Source: Acidiferrobacteraceae bacterium
GTDB taxonomy: Bacteria > Pseudomonadota > Gammaproteobacteria > Acidiferrobacterales > SZUA-150
Assembly: GCA_003228915.1 (NCBI GenBank)
Contig: QIGL01000053.1
Location: 291-64,290, forward strand
Direction: 5' to 3'
DNA: 64,000 nucleotides
Position numbers and translations under genes: made by a program. This document shows, piece after piece, positions 29,335 through 38,878 of this stretch (position 1 is the stretch's first letter; every line of letters starts with the position of its first letter). Under the pieces are notes generated by a model, which did no database searches, had not been told where the DNA came from, and was given only the letters and a program-made list of their open reading frames with translations.

Positions 29335-30309
29335 TCATCCCTTTTTAGCAATTAGCATCGCACGCCTGGGTGCAGGCCAACCTTCAATTGTTCTGGAATG
29401 ATCATCGGAATCCAGGAAATTCTCAAGGGATTCAAATTTCATCCAATCAGTACAACGTTGTTCTTGTAAAGTTGTAATTGAGATGTCCACAATTTTTATA
29501 TCTACATAGCCGCTAGACTTAAGCCAGCTCACCAGATTTTTTATTGTTGGTATCTGAAAAACGTTACGCATTTTTGCATAACGACCCGCTGGTTCCAGAA
29601 CTGTTTTTTCTTCACCTTCAATAATCAGTGTCTCCAAAACCAGTTCGCCGCCCTCGCGCATATATCCAGACAAGCTTGATAAGTGGTCCAGCGGATCTCG
29701 CCGATGGTAAAGCACACCCATTGAAAACACCGTATCAAAAAGTGGCCTGTTTGCCGGCAAATCTTCCAGGGCCAGGGGTAATACATGGACAGAGCCAGTC
29801 TCTATGTAGTGATTGAGGGCCTTAAACTGGCTGACATAAAGCAAGGTCGGATCAATGCCAATGACGCGTTCTGCGCCAACACCTTTTATTCGCAAACAGT
29901 GGTATCCATTTCCGCAACCGACATCCAGGACGGTCCTGTTTTTTAATGGGGCGATATGATTTTTAAGTCGATCCCATTTCCAGTCTGATCGCCATTCTGT
30001 ATTAATATTTATACCAAAAAGACTAAAAGGCCCTTTTCGCCATGGCTGGAATTTCATGAGCAATTCTGCCAGCAAAGACAACTGTGACTGATGGCCGTCA
30101 GCCTCCCTGCCAATGAGAATACTTGCCTTGTTTAGATCAAGCTCTGATGGTCTTAAAGCGGGTAGTAATTTTAAAATCTCCTGCCATTTCTCAACATCGC
30201 CATGGTTTTCAGATGAATAGTTATATTCTATTTTCTCTTTAACCGGTAAAAATATTTTTTCCAGTTCGGTATTTTTAATATCTGAATAGAATCTGGAAAA
30301 TTTATTCAT
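29335..30309 (-). CDS. cmoB: tRNA U34 carboxymethyltransferase
   Basis: PWRKGPF, WRSDWKW and DVGCGNGYH. Immediately downstream of and overlapping cmoA. Confidence 0.9.
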   Translation of the reverse strand: MNKFSRFYSDIKNTELEKIFLPVKEKIEYNYSSENHGDVEKWQEILKLLPALRPSELDLNKASILIGREADGHQSQLSLLAELLMKFQPWRKGPFSLFGININTEWRSDWKWDRLKNHIAPLKNRTVLDVGCGNGYHCLRIKGVGAERVIGIDPTLLYVSQFKALNHYIETGSVHVLPLALEDLPANRPLFDTVFSMGVLYHRRDPLDHLSSLSGYMREGGELVLETLIIEGEEKTVLEPAGRYAKMRNVFQIPTIKNLVSWLKSSGYVDIKIVDISITTLQEQRCTDWMKFESLENFLDSDDHSRTIEGWPAPRRAMLIAKKG

Positions 30310-31046
30310 TTTTGGGCAATGATGGAGACAAAATTAAGCACCTGGAACCATTTCTGGATGTTTTTAAAGCCGGAAGCTGCCAGTCTGTTTTTGTGAGTTG
30401 AAAAAGTCTCGGGGATAAGGACATTCTCCAATGCCTCGCGTTTTTGGCTAATTTCCAGCTCACTATAGCCGTTCACTCGTTTAAAATTTTCGTATAATAA
30501 ATCGATATTATCCTGCTCTGCCTTGTTTTCAGAGGTAATTTTTTCGGAAAGTATAAAATACCCGCCCGGATTTAAACCACTATGTATTTTCTTTAACAAA
30601 TTCATCCTGTTCTCGACGGGAATAAATTGTAAGGTAAAATTTAACACCACGAGTGATGCGTTTTGAATTTTTATGTTACGAATATCATCACATACAACTT
30701 CTATTTTTAGTTCAGGGTTGTTCTGTTCTAACAAAACCTGGCAACGATTTATCATTGCCTCAGAGCTATCTACGGCGATGCCATTATAATCTATACCAGC
30801 ACAATTATTTCTTACCACAGAACTTACGGCACCCAGGGAACAACCAAGGTCATAAACATGTGAGTCAGGTTTTACGATTACCCGTGAGCTGGTACCAATA
30901 AGATTAATGAGCGCACTATAGCCAGGTATTGAGCGTTTCAGCATATCCGGAAATACACCAGCAACCGCGTCATCAAACTTAAAATCGTCAATGCTTGATA
31001 ATTTTTTAGTATATAGCCTGTCCGTTGTTTGCTGGTCTTTTTTCAC
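30306..31046 (-). CDS. cmoA: Carboxy-S-adenosyl-L-methionine synthase
   Basis: FDDAVAGVFPDMLKRSIPGY and DLGCSLGA methyltransferase fold. Paired with cmoB. Confidence 0.9.
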   Translation of the reverse strand: MKKDQQTTDRLYTKKLSSIDDFKFDDAVAGVFPDMLKRSIPGYSALINLIGTSSRVIVKPDSHVYDLGCSLGAVSSVVRNNCAGIDYNGIAVDSSEAMINRCQVLLEQNNPELKIEVVCDDIRNIKIQNASLVVLNFTLQFIPVENRMNLLKKIHSGLNPGGYFILSEKITSENKAEQDNIDLLYENFKRVNGYSELEISQKREALENVLIPETFSTHKNRLAASGFKNIQKWFQVLNFVSIIAQK

Positions 31047-31286
31047 ACTCTCGTCTCAATATATTTTTTTTATCCAGGATGCTGCCCGAATTCTGACAGT
31101 GCCCGTCTATATAATAGCCATGCCTGGATTATAATATAAGCAAATCAATATGATACACAGACTACCACTGCTATACCCCTTTCTTTCCTGGAATCCCCAA
31201 TACCTCATTTTATAGGGAATAAAGGGAATAATTTTACCAAAATTGCTGTCCTAATTAATACGGACTTAAACTAACAGGATTTCTGT

Positions 31287-32738
31287 ATGAGCATTAGAAC
31301 AGGCAAGCTATTAATATCGGGTATCTCTCTGTCCCTATCCCTGGGCCTTTCCCTTGTTAGTCCACTCTTACTGGCCAAAAAAAACAAACCCGGCGTCAGG
31401 GAGAACACGACACAAGTCAAAACATGGAACAAATTTGCCGATGACCTGTTAACGGTACGCACTCATTTACAAAAAAAATACGCCACACATAGTACAAAAA
31501 CAAGCGCTGATTATGGCGGGTCTTTCTCACAGGGAATGGGTTATACAGAAACAAGTCACTTCAATAAAGGGAATGGGCATATTTTGACACGCGTCCGTCA
31601 CCAGCGCATAACTCCCGGTGATTCCAGAAATGGCCATATAAATTATGTTGAGATTTACATCTATGATAAATCCGGTCGCTTGGTACGAGACTACCTGGCC
31701 GCCTATCTTCCAGGCTATCGGAACGCCCCCATCCAGACCCTGATAAATTTTCATAAGAATGTTGATGACTTGAACGCATTTAGACAATTTGATGCTTCTG
31801 GCAGAAGAATTTATGAGCAATGCACGGGTGAATTTTTTAATGAAACAGTAGACATATCACTGGAAGATTATGAAATTCCCAATCATGCTGGCGAATTAAC
31901 AGACACTTTCGTGCGAGAAACCTACAGGGCATGTTTTGATGGTTTGCCTGTTTCGGCAAGCAGTTACCTCAACCCACTCAATGAAATAATACCAAACAAA
32001 GATCACAGCCTGTCCAACTTAAACAAAACCCGGGACTATGAAGAGGTCGAAAAACTAATAACCAAATACACCCAGGCGCTCTACTTATCACCAAGAAGCC
32101 CCAGGCTTTATCTAAAAAGAGCTGATGCCTATTTGTTAATTCGAGACACGGATAAATCTATCGATGATTACACGAATGCTATCAGGTTCGATCCAGCACT
32201 GGATGAAGCATATTTTGGCCGGGGCATGGCCTATGGTCGGGCCGGAGAAATTAATAAGGCAATTGCCGATTTAACTGTTTACATCGAGCGCAATCCAGAC
32301 TCCTCGCTGGCCTACACAAAAAGAGGCGTCAGGAGAATTTGGGCCGGAGAACTCAAGGCTGCCGAGGTGGACTTAAAAAAAGCTGTGGCACTGGACCCGT
32401 CGAATTCTGAAGCCCATGATGACCTGGGTGTATTATTCGCACAACGAAAAGCTTACAAGATGGCGACCAGGCATTTTTTGGCGGCAATTAAACATGACCA
32501 GAGCTACCAGAAGGCGTATCACAACCTGGCCATGGTTTATTACCTGAATGCCAGGAACGAACACTCGCTCAAAGCTATTAACACAGCGGTAGCACTGGCG
32601 CCCAATAGCAAAAATTCTCTGTTACTAAAAAGCGAAATACTGAAATCTATGGGTAAGCTCGATGAGGCCAGTAAAGTTCGGGAGATAGCCGAGTTCCTGC
32701 CCAAGGGAAACTGGTCTGAGCAATTTGATATTCAGTAA
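31287..32738 (+). CDS. Secreted TPR-repeat protein
   Basis: Signal peptide, an unknown N-terminal ~250 aa, and a C-terminal run of TPR units (AYFGRGMAY, AYTKRGV, AHDDLGVLF, AYHNLAMVY). Confidence 0.7.
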   Translation: MSIRTGKLLISGISLSLSLGLSLVSPLLLAKKNKPGVRENTTQVKTWNKFADDLLTVRTHLQKKYATHSTKTSADYGGSFSQGMGYTETSHFNKGNGHILTRVRHQRITPGDSRNGHINYVEIYIYDKSGRLVRDYLAAYLPGYRNAPIQTLINFHKNVDDLNAFRQFDASGRRIYEQCTGEFFNETVDISLEDYEIPNHAGELTDTFVRETYRACFDGLPVSASSYLNPLNEIIPNKDHSLSNLNKTRDYEEVEKLITKYTQALYLSPRSPRLYLKRADAYLLIRDTDKSIDDYTNAIRFDPALDEAYFGRGMAYGRAGEINKAIADLTVYIERNPDSSLAYTKRGVRRIWAGELKAAEVDLKKAVALDPSNSEAHDDLGVLFAQRKAYKMATRHFLAAIKHDQSYQKAYHNLAMVYYLNARNEHSLKAINTAVALAPNSKNSLLLKSEILKSMGKLDEASKVREIAEFLPKGNWSEQFDIQ

Positions 32739-32749
32739 AATGTTATAAA

Positions 32750-33286
32750 CTAATACTCTGCATAAACTTTGCCAGACCCTGATTCGGTAATAGTCATAAC
32801 CTTGTAAGGGTCCTTGCGTGAGCCTTGTTCCATACCGGGGCTACCGACAACCATACCGGGTACAGTCAAACCTTTAATTTTCGGTTTTTCCTTAAGCAAC
32901 CGCTTTATATCTTTCGCTGGAACATGGCCTTCAATGACATAATCGCCAATCAGTGCCGTGTGACAGGATGCCTGTTCGGGCCTGACACCTGACCGCTGCT
33001 TGATGGGTGTGACATCTTTGACGTCATAGGCCTTGACCTTAAACCCGTTTTTTTTCAGATGATCCACCCATTTCTTGCAACAACTACATGCAGGACTTTT
33101 GTATACCGTAATTTCTTCGCCAGCAAAAGATGGGGTGCTGGTGGTCATTAAAAAGATCGAAATAATACCCAGTGCTATAAAACTGGGGGCCAAATAGCTG
33201 CTTACCTTGTTCAATATACTTCTCCCGGTGGCCGTACGCGGCCCTTGATCTGCTAAAAACGGGTCATTATACCTGTCTATGGGCAA
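32750..33286 (-). CDS. DUF411 (CopG-like) metal-binding protein
   Basis: CSCCKKW and ASCHTALIGDYVIEGHVP motifs. Confidence 0.7.
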   Translation of the reverse strand: MPIDRYNDPFLADQGPRTATGRSILNKVSSYLAPSFIALGIISIFLMTTSTPSFAGEEITVYKSPACSCCKKWVDHLKKNGFKVKAYDVKDVTPIKQRSGVRPEQASCHTALIGDYVIEGHVPAKDIKRLLKEKPKIKGLTVPGMVVGSPGMEQGSRKDPYKVMTITESGSGKVYAEY

Positions 33287-33434
33287 TAGTAAAAAGCCTG
33301 TTAACAGAGAGATTCAGGCTAAATTACCTGGTTTTCAGGACTGATAAGGCTTTTTGTGAACTGGTTCACTGTAATTATTACCCTGTAATTATAAGCTCAA
33401 TTTAACCTCCGCAACTGATTACAAGGAACGTGTG

Positions 33435-34493
33435 ATGACCAACAAACTAGATCATGACAAAGCCGCGATAGTCGCAACACTCACCAGGGCTATTTACCTG
33501 CTGCAGATTGACAACAATCAACAAGGAAAAAATTTATTGCGAGCCGGCTTGTCTGCCGCTGCCTCGTCTGAGTTGCCTGATCTATACGAGATCAGTCGAG
33601 AGGACCTGGCCTTTCTGTTATCAAGGGCGCTGAAATATAATATCGAACCAGAATACAGCAAAAAAATTGCAGACTATCATTTTATATCGATAGAGGTTGA
33701 AATAAAATCAGACCTGCCTGATTGGCCTGTTCGCATTGAGATACTCAACCATCTTTTGCTGGTTATAGATGGCGTACGCACTAACTTCACACAAAAAATT
33801 AATCTCTCCCACTTCAGGCTGCTGGTTTCACTAATAGCAAACGGCGACGGCAAACTCTCTATCGAAAAACTAAAAGAAAACCTGTGGCCTGGTCGAAGCG
33901 AAGAAAAAAAAAGCCATCGCTTTTATGTTGCTGTAACCCAGCTTAGAAAATTAATTGGTGTCGACAGTATATTGTTCCGTGGTAATAAAATATTACTCAA
34001 CCGGCGCCGATGCTGGGTCGATACTCTGGCCTTCAAAACCATACTAAAAGATCTACAAAATCATAATATGGGTGATAAAGATGATATTTATGACCTTAAG
34101 CACGATATTGAAAATGCGATGTCTACATATCAAAATAATTTTCTTGTAGGAACAGATGATTTTTACTGGAGAAAAAACCTGGCCCATGATTCAAAAACAA
34201 TCATTATAGATACAGTATTAAAACTGGGTGCAGTACTGGAAAAAAATCTGGATACAGATGCAGCGCTAAGCCTCTACCGTGCGGCCATGGATATCGATAA
34301 TCTCAACGAAAATTTGTATGCAAAATCCATGCACTGCCTGAGTATCCTGGGGAATTTATCGGAAGCTGAACATGTTTTTCAGAATTATAAAAACAGGCTA
34401 ATTGAAAATGACAGGCCCCTGCCATCGCAACGACTTAAGACTCTTCATCAGCAGATATTTTCCCAACACCACACACTTCCTGGAAATGCCTAA
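33435..34493 (+). CDS. SARP/BTAD-type transcriptional regulator-like protein
   Basis: Winged-helix segment LKENLWPGRSEEKKSHRFYVAVTQLRKLIG followed by a helical BTAD-like C-terminus. ATG at 33435 with AAGGA upstream. Confidence 0.5.
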   Translation: MTNKLDHDKAAIVATLTRAIYLLQIDNNQQGKNLLRAGLSAAASSELPDLYEISREDLAFLLSRALKYNIEPEYSKKIADYHFISIEVEIKSDLPDWPVRIEILNHLLLVIDGVRTNFTQKINLSHFRLLVSLIANGDGKLSIEKLKENLWPGRSEEKKSHRFYVAVTQLRKLIGVDSILFRGNKILLNRRRCWVDTLAFKTILKDLQNHNMGDKDDIYDLKHDIENAMSTYQNNFLVGTDDFYWRKNLAHDSKTIIIDTVLKLGAVLEKNLDTDAALSLYRAAMDIDNLNENLYAKSMHCLSILGNLSEAEHVFQNYKNRLIENDRPLPSQRLKTLHQQIFSQHHTLPGNA

Positions 34494-34691
34494 GGAAACT
34501 CTGATCCATTGTCATCTCGACCGTAGTGGACGACTCCATGGATGGAGGAGCTAGAGCAACGCATGGAGCAGTTGCCGAGAGATCGCATGCCACGGAACTT
34601 CAGTAGTCTCAGGAAGTGACAAGGTTCCTCCACTACGGTCGGAATGACAAACATAAGTCCGAACCACTAACATCTGTTAATCAGAGTTTCC
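34494..34691. repeat. 198-nt nested inverted-repeat element (structured RNA or MITE-like)
   Basis: The outer arms are a perfect 12-bp pair: GGAAACTCTGAT (34494-34505) and ATCAGAGTTTCC (34680-34691). The inner arms are 22 bp (34509-34530 and 34629-34650) with one mismatch and one G:U. Local hairpins also occur inside: CTCCA/TGGAG, GCATG/CATGC, GGAACTTC/GAAGT..GTTCC. Confidence 0.7.
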
Positions 34692-34748
34692 CGGGGTATT
34701 ACGTCTGGAATAAAAAACAAGGATAGATAAATATTCAAAAATATTGAT

Positions 34749-35333
34749 TCAGGGCGCCAGTATATCTTGTTGCCATGAACCACTTTCCAGGCGAGTAAAT
34801 AACGCCCTTTCATGTAAACGATTTTCCTGGTTCACCCAAAACTCTATACTGGTTGGTGACAATCGATAACCCCCCCAATGTGCCGGCCTCGGCACGACTT
34901 TCCCGGAAAATTTTATTTCAAACTCTGCTGCACGATCATCAAGCACCTGGCGTGATTTTATCACATGGCTTTGCTCTGATGCCCAGGCACCAATCTGGCT
35001 GCCACGGGAACGCTTGTTAAAATAGGCATCTGATTCTGCTGCTGTTGTTTTGCTGATTTCTCCATTTATACGAACCTGGTAACCAAGACAGTCCCACCAG
35101 AATAACAGGCAAGCCGATGGATTTTCTGCCAACTGTACGCCTTTATGACTCAGGTAATTAGTATGAAAAACAAAGCCATTGATATCAAAGCTGCTCAACA
35201 GAACAATCCTGGCGTACGCCTCGCCATGATTGTCTACAGTCGCCAGGGTCATGGCATTGGGTTTGTCGATTTCCGATTCTTTTGCCTGGTCATACCAGTT
35301 TTTGAATATTTTTAGTGGGTCACTCTCGAACAT
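34749..35333 (-). CDS. pdxH: Pyridoxamine 5'-phosphate oxidase
   Basis: FKNWYDQA, LATVD, RIVLL, FHTNY, and a C-terminal W..RLAP-type ending (DILAP). The ATG at 35333 is preferred. Confidence 0.9.
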   Translation of the reverse strand: MFESDPLKIFKNWYDQAKESEIDKPNAMTLATVDNHGEAYARIVLLSSFDINGFVFHTNYLSHKGVQLAENPSACLLFWWDCLGYQVRINGEISKTTAAESDAYFNKRSRGSQIGAWASEQSHVIKSRQVLDDRAAEFEIKFSGKVVPRPAHWGGYRLSPTSIEFWVNQENRLHERALFTRLESGSWQQDILAP

Positions 35334-35470
35334 GTTTATTTTCCAATACTTTCGCGAAATGTTAGCACAGACAACTCGCACTCTACTGCATAATAATTAT
35401 GTGGCGAGTCCAGTTCGCATGAGTTTATTAAACTAAAAAAACAGGGGTGAAATAGAAGCCTGAACCTGTT

Positions 35471-36199
35471 TTATTTCTTATCCTGCTGATACCAGCGCAG
35501 ACCTTCAGATGAGGCGATATGGATACTGCCCCTGGACAATCGAATACATTGTTGTCTTTCCATTTCCTTCAGTGCCCGACTTACCACCTCGCGCGTTGTA
35601 CCTAACTCCCTCGCGAGTTCCTGGTGGGTGATATTGAGTGAATCGGATTGTGCTTTTTCAAAGAGTCGGCCCAGGCAACAGGCCAGGCGAATATCCAGTC
35701 TCTTAAATGCCGTATCTTCGACCACGGTCAACATATCGCAATAACGATCCGACATACCGGTCATGATGTGCAGGCGAAATTTTTCCGAGGCACTCAAGGC
35801 GGCGGTGAATTGGGCCGGCGTTAAAACGAGCGCACTAACATCCGCTTCGGTTTTGGCAATGGCAAAAAATTGTTTACTGTGAAGAATGCTATTCAGGCTC
35901 ATGACACAGGTATCGCCCGGTGATAATCGGTACAGGGTAATTTCCCTGCCATCAGGTGCATACTGGAAAACCCGGACGCCACCTGCCAACAGCATGACAT
36001 AACCACTACACACTTCACCCTGTTCGAGCAGCACTGTGCCAGCTGGCACTTGCATATATTCTGCAGATTCAATGATATCAAGCCAGTCACGGTCAGTGAT
36101 TTTGGCCAGCTCAGGGTAAGCCTTTTCAAAACCTTTGCGCCAATCTACTGACGAACCAACAAAATTATCTTTCTTTTGTATATACTGCATGAGTTGCAT
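35471..36199 (-). CDS. Crp/Fnr-family transcriptional regulator
   Basis: cNMP-binding-like N-domain and C-terminal HTH (HQELARELGTTREVVSRALKEM). Confidence 0.85.
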   Translation of the reverse strand: MQLMQYIQKKDNFVGSSVDWRKGFEKAYPELAKITDRDWLDIIESAEYMQVPAGTVLLEQGEVCSGYVMLLAGGVRVFQYAPDGREITLYRLSPGDTCVMSLNSILHSKQFFAIAKTEADVSALVLTPAQFTAALSASEKFRLHIMTGMSDRYCDMLTVVEDTAFKRLDIRLACCLGRLFEKAQSDSLNITHQELARELGTTREVVSRALKEMERQQCIRLSRGSIHIASSEGLRWYQQDKK

Positions 36200-36639
36200 T
36201 TACTTCTCCAAATAACACGAGGCAGCCATGCTTCTGCTCCACTAACTATCGGCCCCTGTTGTTACAACACGCAACCATCCAGAACATAACATCTATACCA
36301 CCAACACCCCCTCCCTGTGATGACTGCATAATATTTCGATCACCGGGAATTAGCTAAAGGCGCGCGTCAATGATTAGTAAATACTAGACTTAATTCCCCA
36401 TTTTGACCAGCGGAATCGGCGCACTAAAAAGAGCTACTTATAAATATCCTTTTCTATTCAGTTACTTAAATAGGGGAGCAAGCGCCATGAAAAAATTTCA
36501 ATAACACCTAGTCTTGGCCAGGGCCAGGAGCCCGGACGAAATGGACATTTATCAATCCTAACGGAAAAAACCAGCCTCCATTTATCGTGAGACAATCGGC
36601 CACTTTTGCAAGATAAAATGCCCCAATAGCCGACCTGCG

Positions 36640-36654
36640 GTTCAAATTTTGAAC
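36640..36654. promoter_or_regulatory. Perfect 7-1-7 palindrome GTTCAAATTTTGAAC (candidate operator)
   Basis: Read directly. It lies in the long ORF-free region between the Crp/Fnr gene and the 81-aa ORF. Confidence 0.4.
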
Positions 36655-36709
36655 TAAAATAAATGAGAATGAGTAGGAAAGTTAGTATAATTATATGGAG
36701 ATAATTTAA

Positions 36710-36955
36710 ATGTTAATCGTTACTGTCAATGCCCTGGATTCGGGATCCCGCCACTACAACATTATTTGTAATACCCACCTGGCCCCTGATCTGGAAGATA
36801 TTGCCTCACTTTTTGAGGTCAAAGGTAAACCGGGAATGACTTACCAGTACCTGGTTTCAAATCAGAATAACGGCAAAACACTGGCATTGTATTATTCAAA
36901 CAGACTGGATGTTGTCGAATCACTGACGCAGAATTACCGACACGTTTCAACATAG
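36710..36955 (+). CDS. Hypothetical small protein
   Basis: 81-aa ORF with GGAG 9 nt upstream of the ATG. Confidence 0.4.
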   Translation: MLIVTVNALDSGSRHYNIICNTHLAPDLEDIASLFEVKGKPGMTYQYLVSNQNNGKTLALYYSNRLDVVESLTQNYRHVST

Positions 36956-37032
36956 ACTGGCTTTGCTCCTGAGACATAAAAATAATTAACATGTTAGAGT
37001 ACGAATTATGTTAATTACTGATATTTTCAGGA

Positions 37033-37782
37033 ATGATAAATTTTCTTTCGCGTTCGCTCTGGTTAATTCTTTGCTGGCTTGAGCTGTCGATTTTTACGCT
37101 GCTGCTCTACGTCCTGGCGTGGCTGCCCCGCCCTTTTACCAAATTTTTTTATCACAAACTTTTCCGTATCTGGTGCCAGTTTTTTGTCCGTGCCCTTGGC
37201 GTAAACCTGCGCATATATCAGAATAATACCAGGCCAATTCCTGATCAGTTCATATTAATTGCCAATCACCCCTCGGCCCTGGAAGATGTGGGGATACCAG
37301 CAACATTTGATATTTACCCGTTGGCTAAAAAAGGCGTAATGGAATGGTTTCTTGTCGGTCGGATTAATATTGCGGCAGGCACAATATTTGTAAAAAGGGA
37401 TGATTCCGAATCGCGCCATGCCGCCGCTGACGAATTGAAATCTATCCTGAAAAGAAATAAAAACATCGCCCTGTTCCCCGAGGGCGGCTGTTTTGGCCGG
37501 CGTATTAATAACACATTTCAATACGGCGCCTTTGATTTGTCGTTACAAACCGGGGTACCCATTTTGCCTGTTTTTTTGCACTACGAAGCCCAGGAAGTAT
37601 TTGAGTGGAAAAATGGACAAACCCTGATCCAGAAAATGTGGCACTTTATGACCAGCAAGAATAACCGGGCCAACTATTTTATCTACGATGCCATCGAACC
37701 TGCTGGATTTAATGACAAAAAAGAATTTACTGAGCACGTACACCAGCTTTACCTGACATGGCAGGCAAAACACCTGGATTAG
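37033..37782 (+). CDS. Lysophospholipid (1-acyl-sn-glycerol-3-phosphate) acyltransferase family protein
   Basis: NHPSALED (HX4-5D-type block I) and FPEGG block III. Confidence 0.75.
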   Translation: MINFLSRSLWLILCWLELSIFTLLLYVLAWLPRPFTKFFYHKLFRIWCQFFVRALGVNLRIYQNNTRPIPDQFILIANHPSALEDVGIPATFDIYPLAKKGVMEWFLVGRINIAAGTIFVKRDDSESRHAAADELKSILKRNKNIALFPEGGCFGRRINNTFQYGAFDLSLQTGVPILPVFLHYEAQEVFEWKNGQTLIQKMWHFMTSKNNRANYFIYDAIEPAGFNDKKEFTEHVHQLYLTWQAKHLD

Positions 37783-37918
37783 AGTCCGGGACTAACCAGG
37801 TTTATTTTTATTTAATTATTACGGCCATTTAAAACCAGGGGAAATAGCTATGAAAAACCCGCCACATTGCCCGCGCAACGTAGCACTCCACTGGCCGGTT
37901 TCGACCAAACTAATTAAT

Positions 37919-38113
37919 TCAGCCGAGCTGAATCAACATCGCAATAAACAATAACAGCACTGCCAGTAATTGTAGCCCGACCCGGGCACCCATTAGTTGG
38001 GCACTGTGTTTTTCATCGTACTCACCACCATGTGCCATGGAAATAACGCCCCAGCCCAACGCAACCACTGTCGAAATCAGAGCTAATACTATTAATGTTG
38101 TTAACAAGCCCAT
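37919..38113 (-). CDS. Twin-transmembrane-helix small protein (HIG1-like)
   Basis: Two TM helices flanking MAHGGEYDEKHSAQLMGARV. GGAGG lies 5 nt upstream of the ATG at 38113. Confidence 0.6.
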   Translation of the reverse strand: MGLLTTLIVLALISTVVALGWGVISMAHGGEYDEKHSAQLMGARVGLQLLAVLLLFIAMLIQLG

Positions 38114-38335
38114 AAAGACCTCCTTTATTGTCCAATAAATTAGTAACACATCGATAACGACGATTCCCTGATCCAGATCAATAAAATGACAAAAAACAAT
38201 ATTGTTAAACTTATTTAATTAATAAAAACAAAGAGTTATATATTTACTCCTGTTCAGCTTAGGTTCAGCTGGCCCGGCCTAAAATGTCTACCAAGCAATA
38301 CGGAAACCAACTTAACCAGCTACAGGAGCACTATT

Positions 38336-38665
38336 ATGAAAACAGGTAAAAATACAATCATTCACACAGCAGCAGTCGCTATCATTACCGCAATTCTGCT
38401 AGTCCCCAGTGCTTATGCTGGTAGTCGCGGCGGACACAATGGGGTTGGTGACCGGGGTCATAATGAGCACCGCCAGGAGCGTTCCCATGGCAACGGTCAC
38501 CAGAACGGTCATCGGAATCGAGGTCACGGATATGAACGACATTCTGCCCGCCATTACCAACACAATAATTACGCAGTTTACGGTCATGCCAGGTACCGCC
38601 ATACCGTCGCCCTGCCTTTTCCACCCTTACCGCCCATTCCATTCTTTTCTGTCAGGGTCCATTAA
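38336..38665 (+). CDS. Secreted histidine-rich small protein
   Basis: Signal peptide ending SAYA/GS. The mature part is dominated by GH(N/Q/R) units (RGGHNGVGDRGHNEHRQERSHGNGHQNGHRNRGHGYERH...), followed by a Pro/Phe-rich tail. A strong terminator follows. Confidence 0.6.
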   Translation: MKTGKNTIIHTAAVAIITAILLVPSAYAGSRGGHNGVGDRGHNEHRQERSHGNGHQNGHRNRGHGYERHSARHYQHNNYAVYGHARYRHTVALPFPPLPPIPFFSVRVH

Positions 38666-38687
38666 AAAACGGCGCTATTGGGCACAA

Positions 38688-38716
38688 GGGACAGCCACTC
38701 GGCTGTCCTTTTTTTT
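38688..38716 (+). terminator. Rho-independent terminator
   Basis: GGGACAGCC-ACTC-GGCTGTCC stem-loop followed by T8. Confidence 0.85.
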
Positions 38717-38878
38717 GCCTGGAATTTCTGCCTCCTATAAATACCTGCCAAAACAGTCACTTGGATATCTTTAAAAAAATTGTCGTTCATGCCTTTTCTG
38801 GCACAGATCTCGCTTAACTAAATACCTAATTGCACTAAAAACACTGAAACGGGACTTTTTACTTAAAACCTGCCGACC

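Noticed and set aside
34494-34691. Nested inverted-repeat element as 6S RNA
   Set aside because: The length and the terminal closing stem are superficially 6S-like. However, the interior folds into several separate hairpins rather than a rod with a large central bubble, and the genomic context is not the usual one. I could not match recalled 6S conserved segments, so I keep it only as an unclassified structured element.
36983-37017. 10-bp perfect AT-rich inverted repeat TAATTAACAT-N15-ATGTTAATTA upstream of the acyltransferase gene
   Set aside because: The stem is entirely A/T apart from one C:G pair, so it would make a weak hairpin. There is no evidence to distinguish an operator from a chance palindrome in AT-rich spacer.
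38385-38774. Alternative-frame ORFs overlapping the histidine-rich gene
   Set aside because: They are by-products of the repetitive CAY/GGN codon composition. Only the plus-strand frame at 38336 has a signal peptide, an upstream AGGAG and a downstream terminator.
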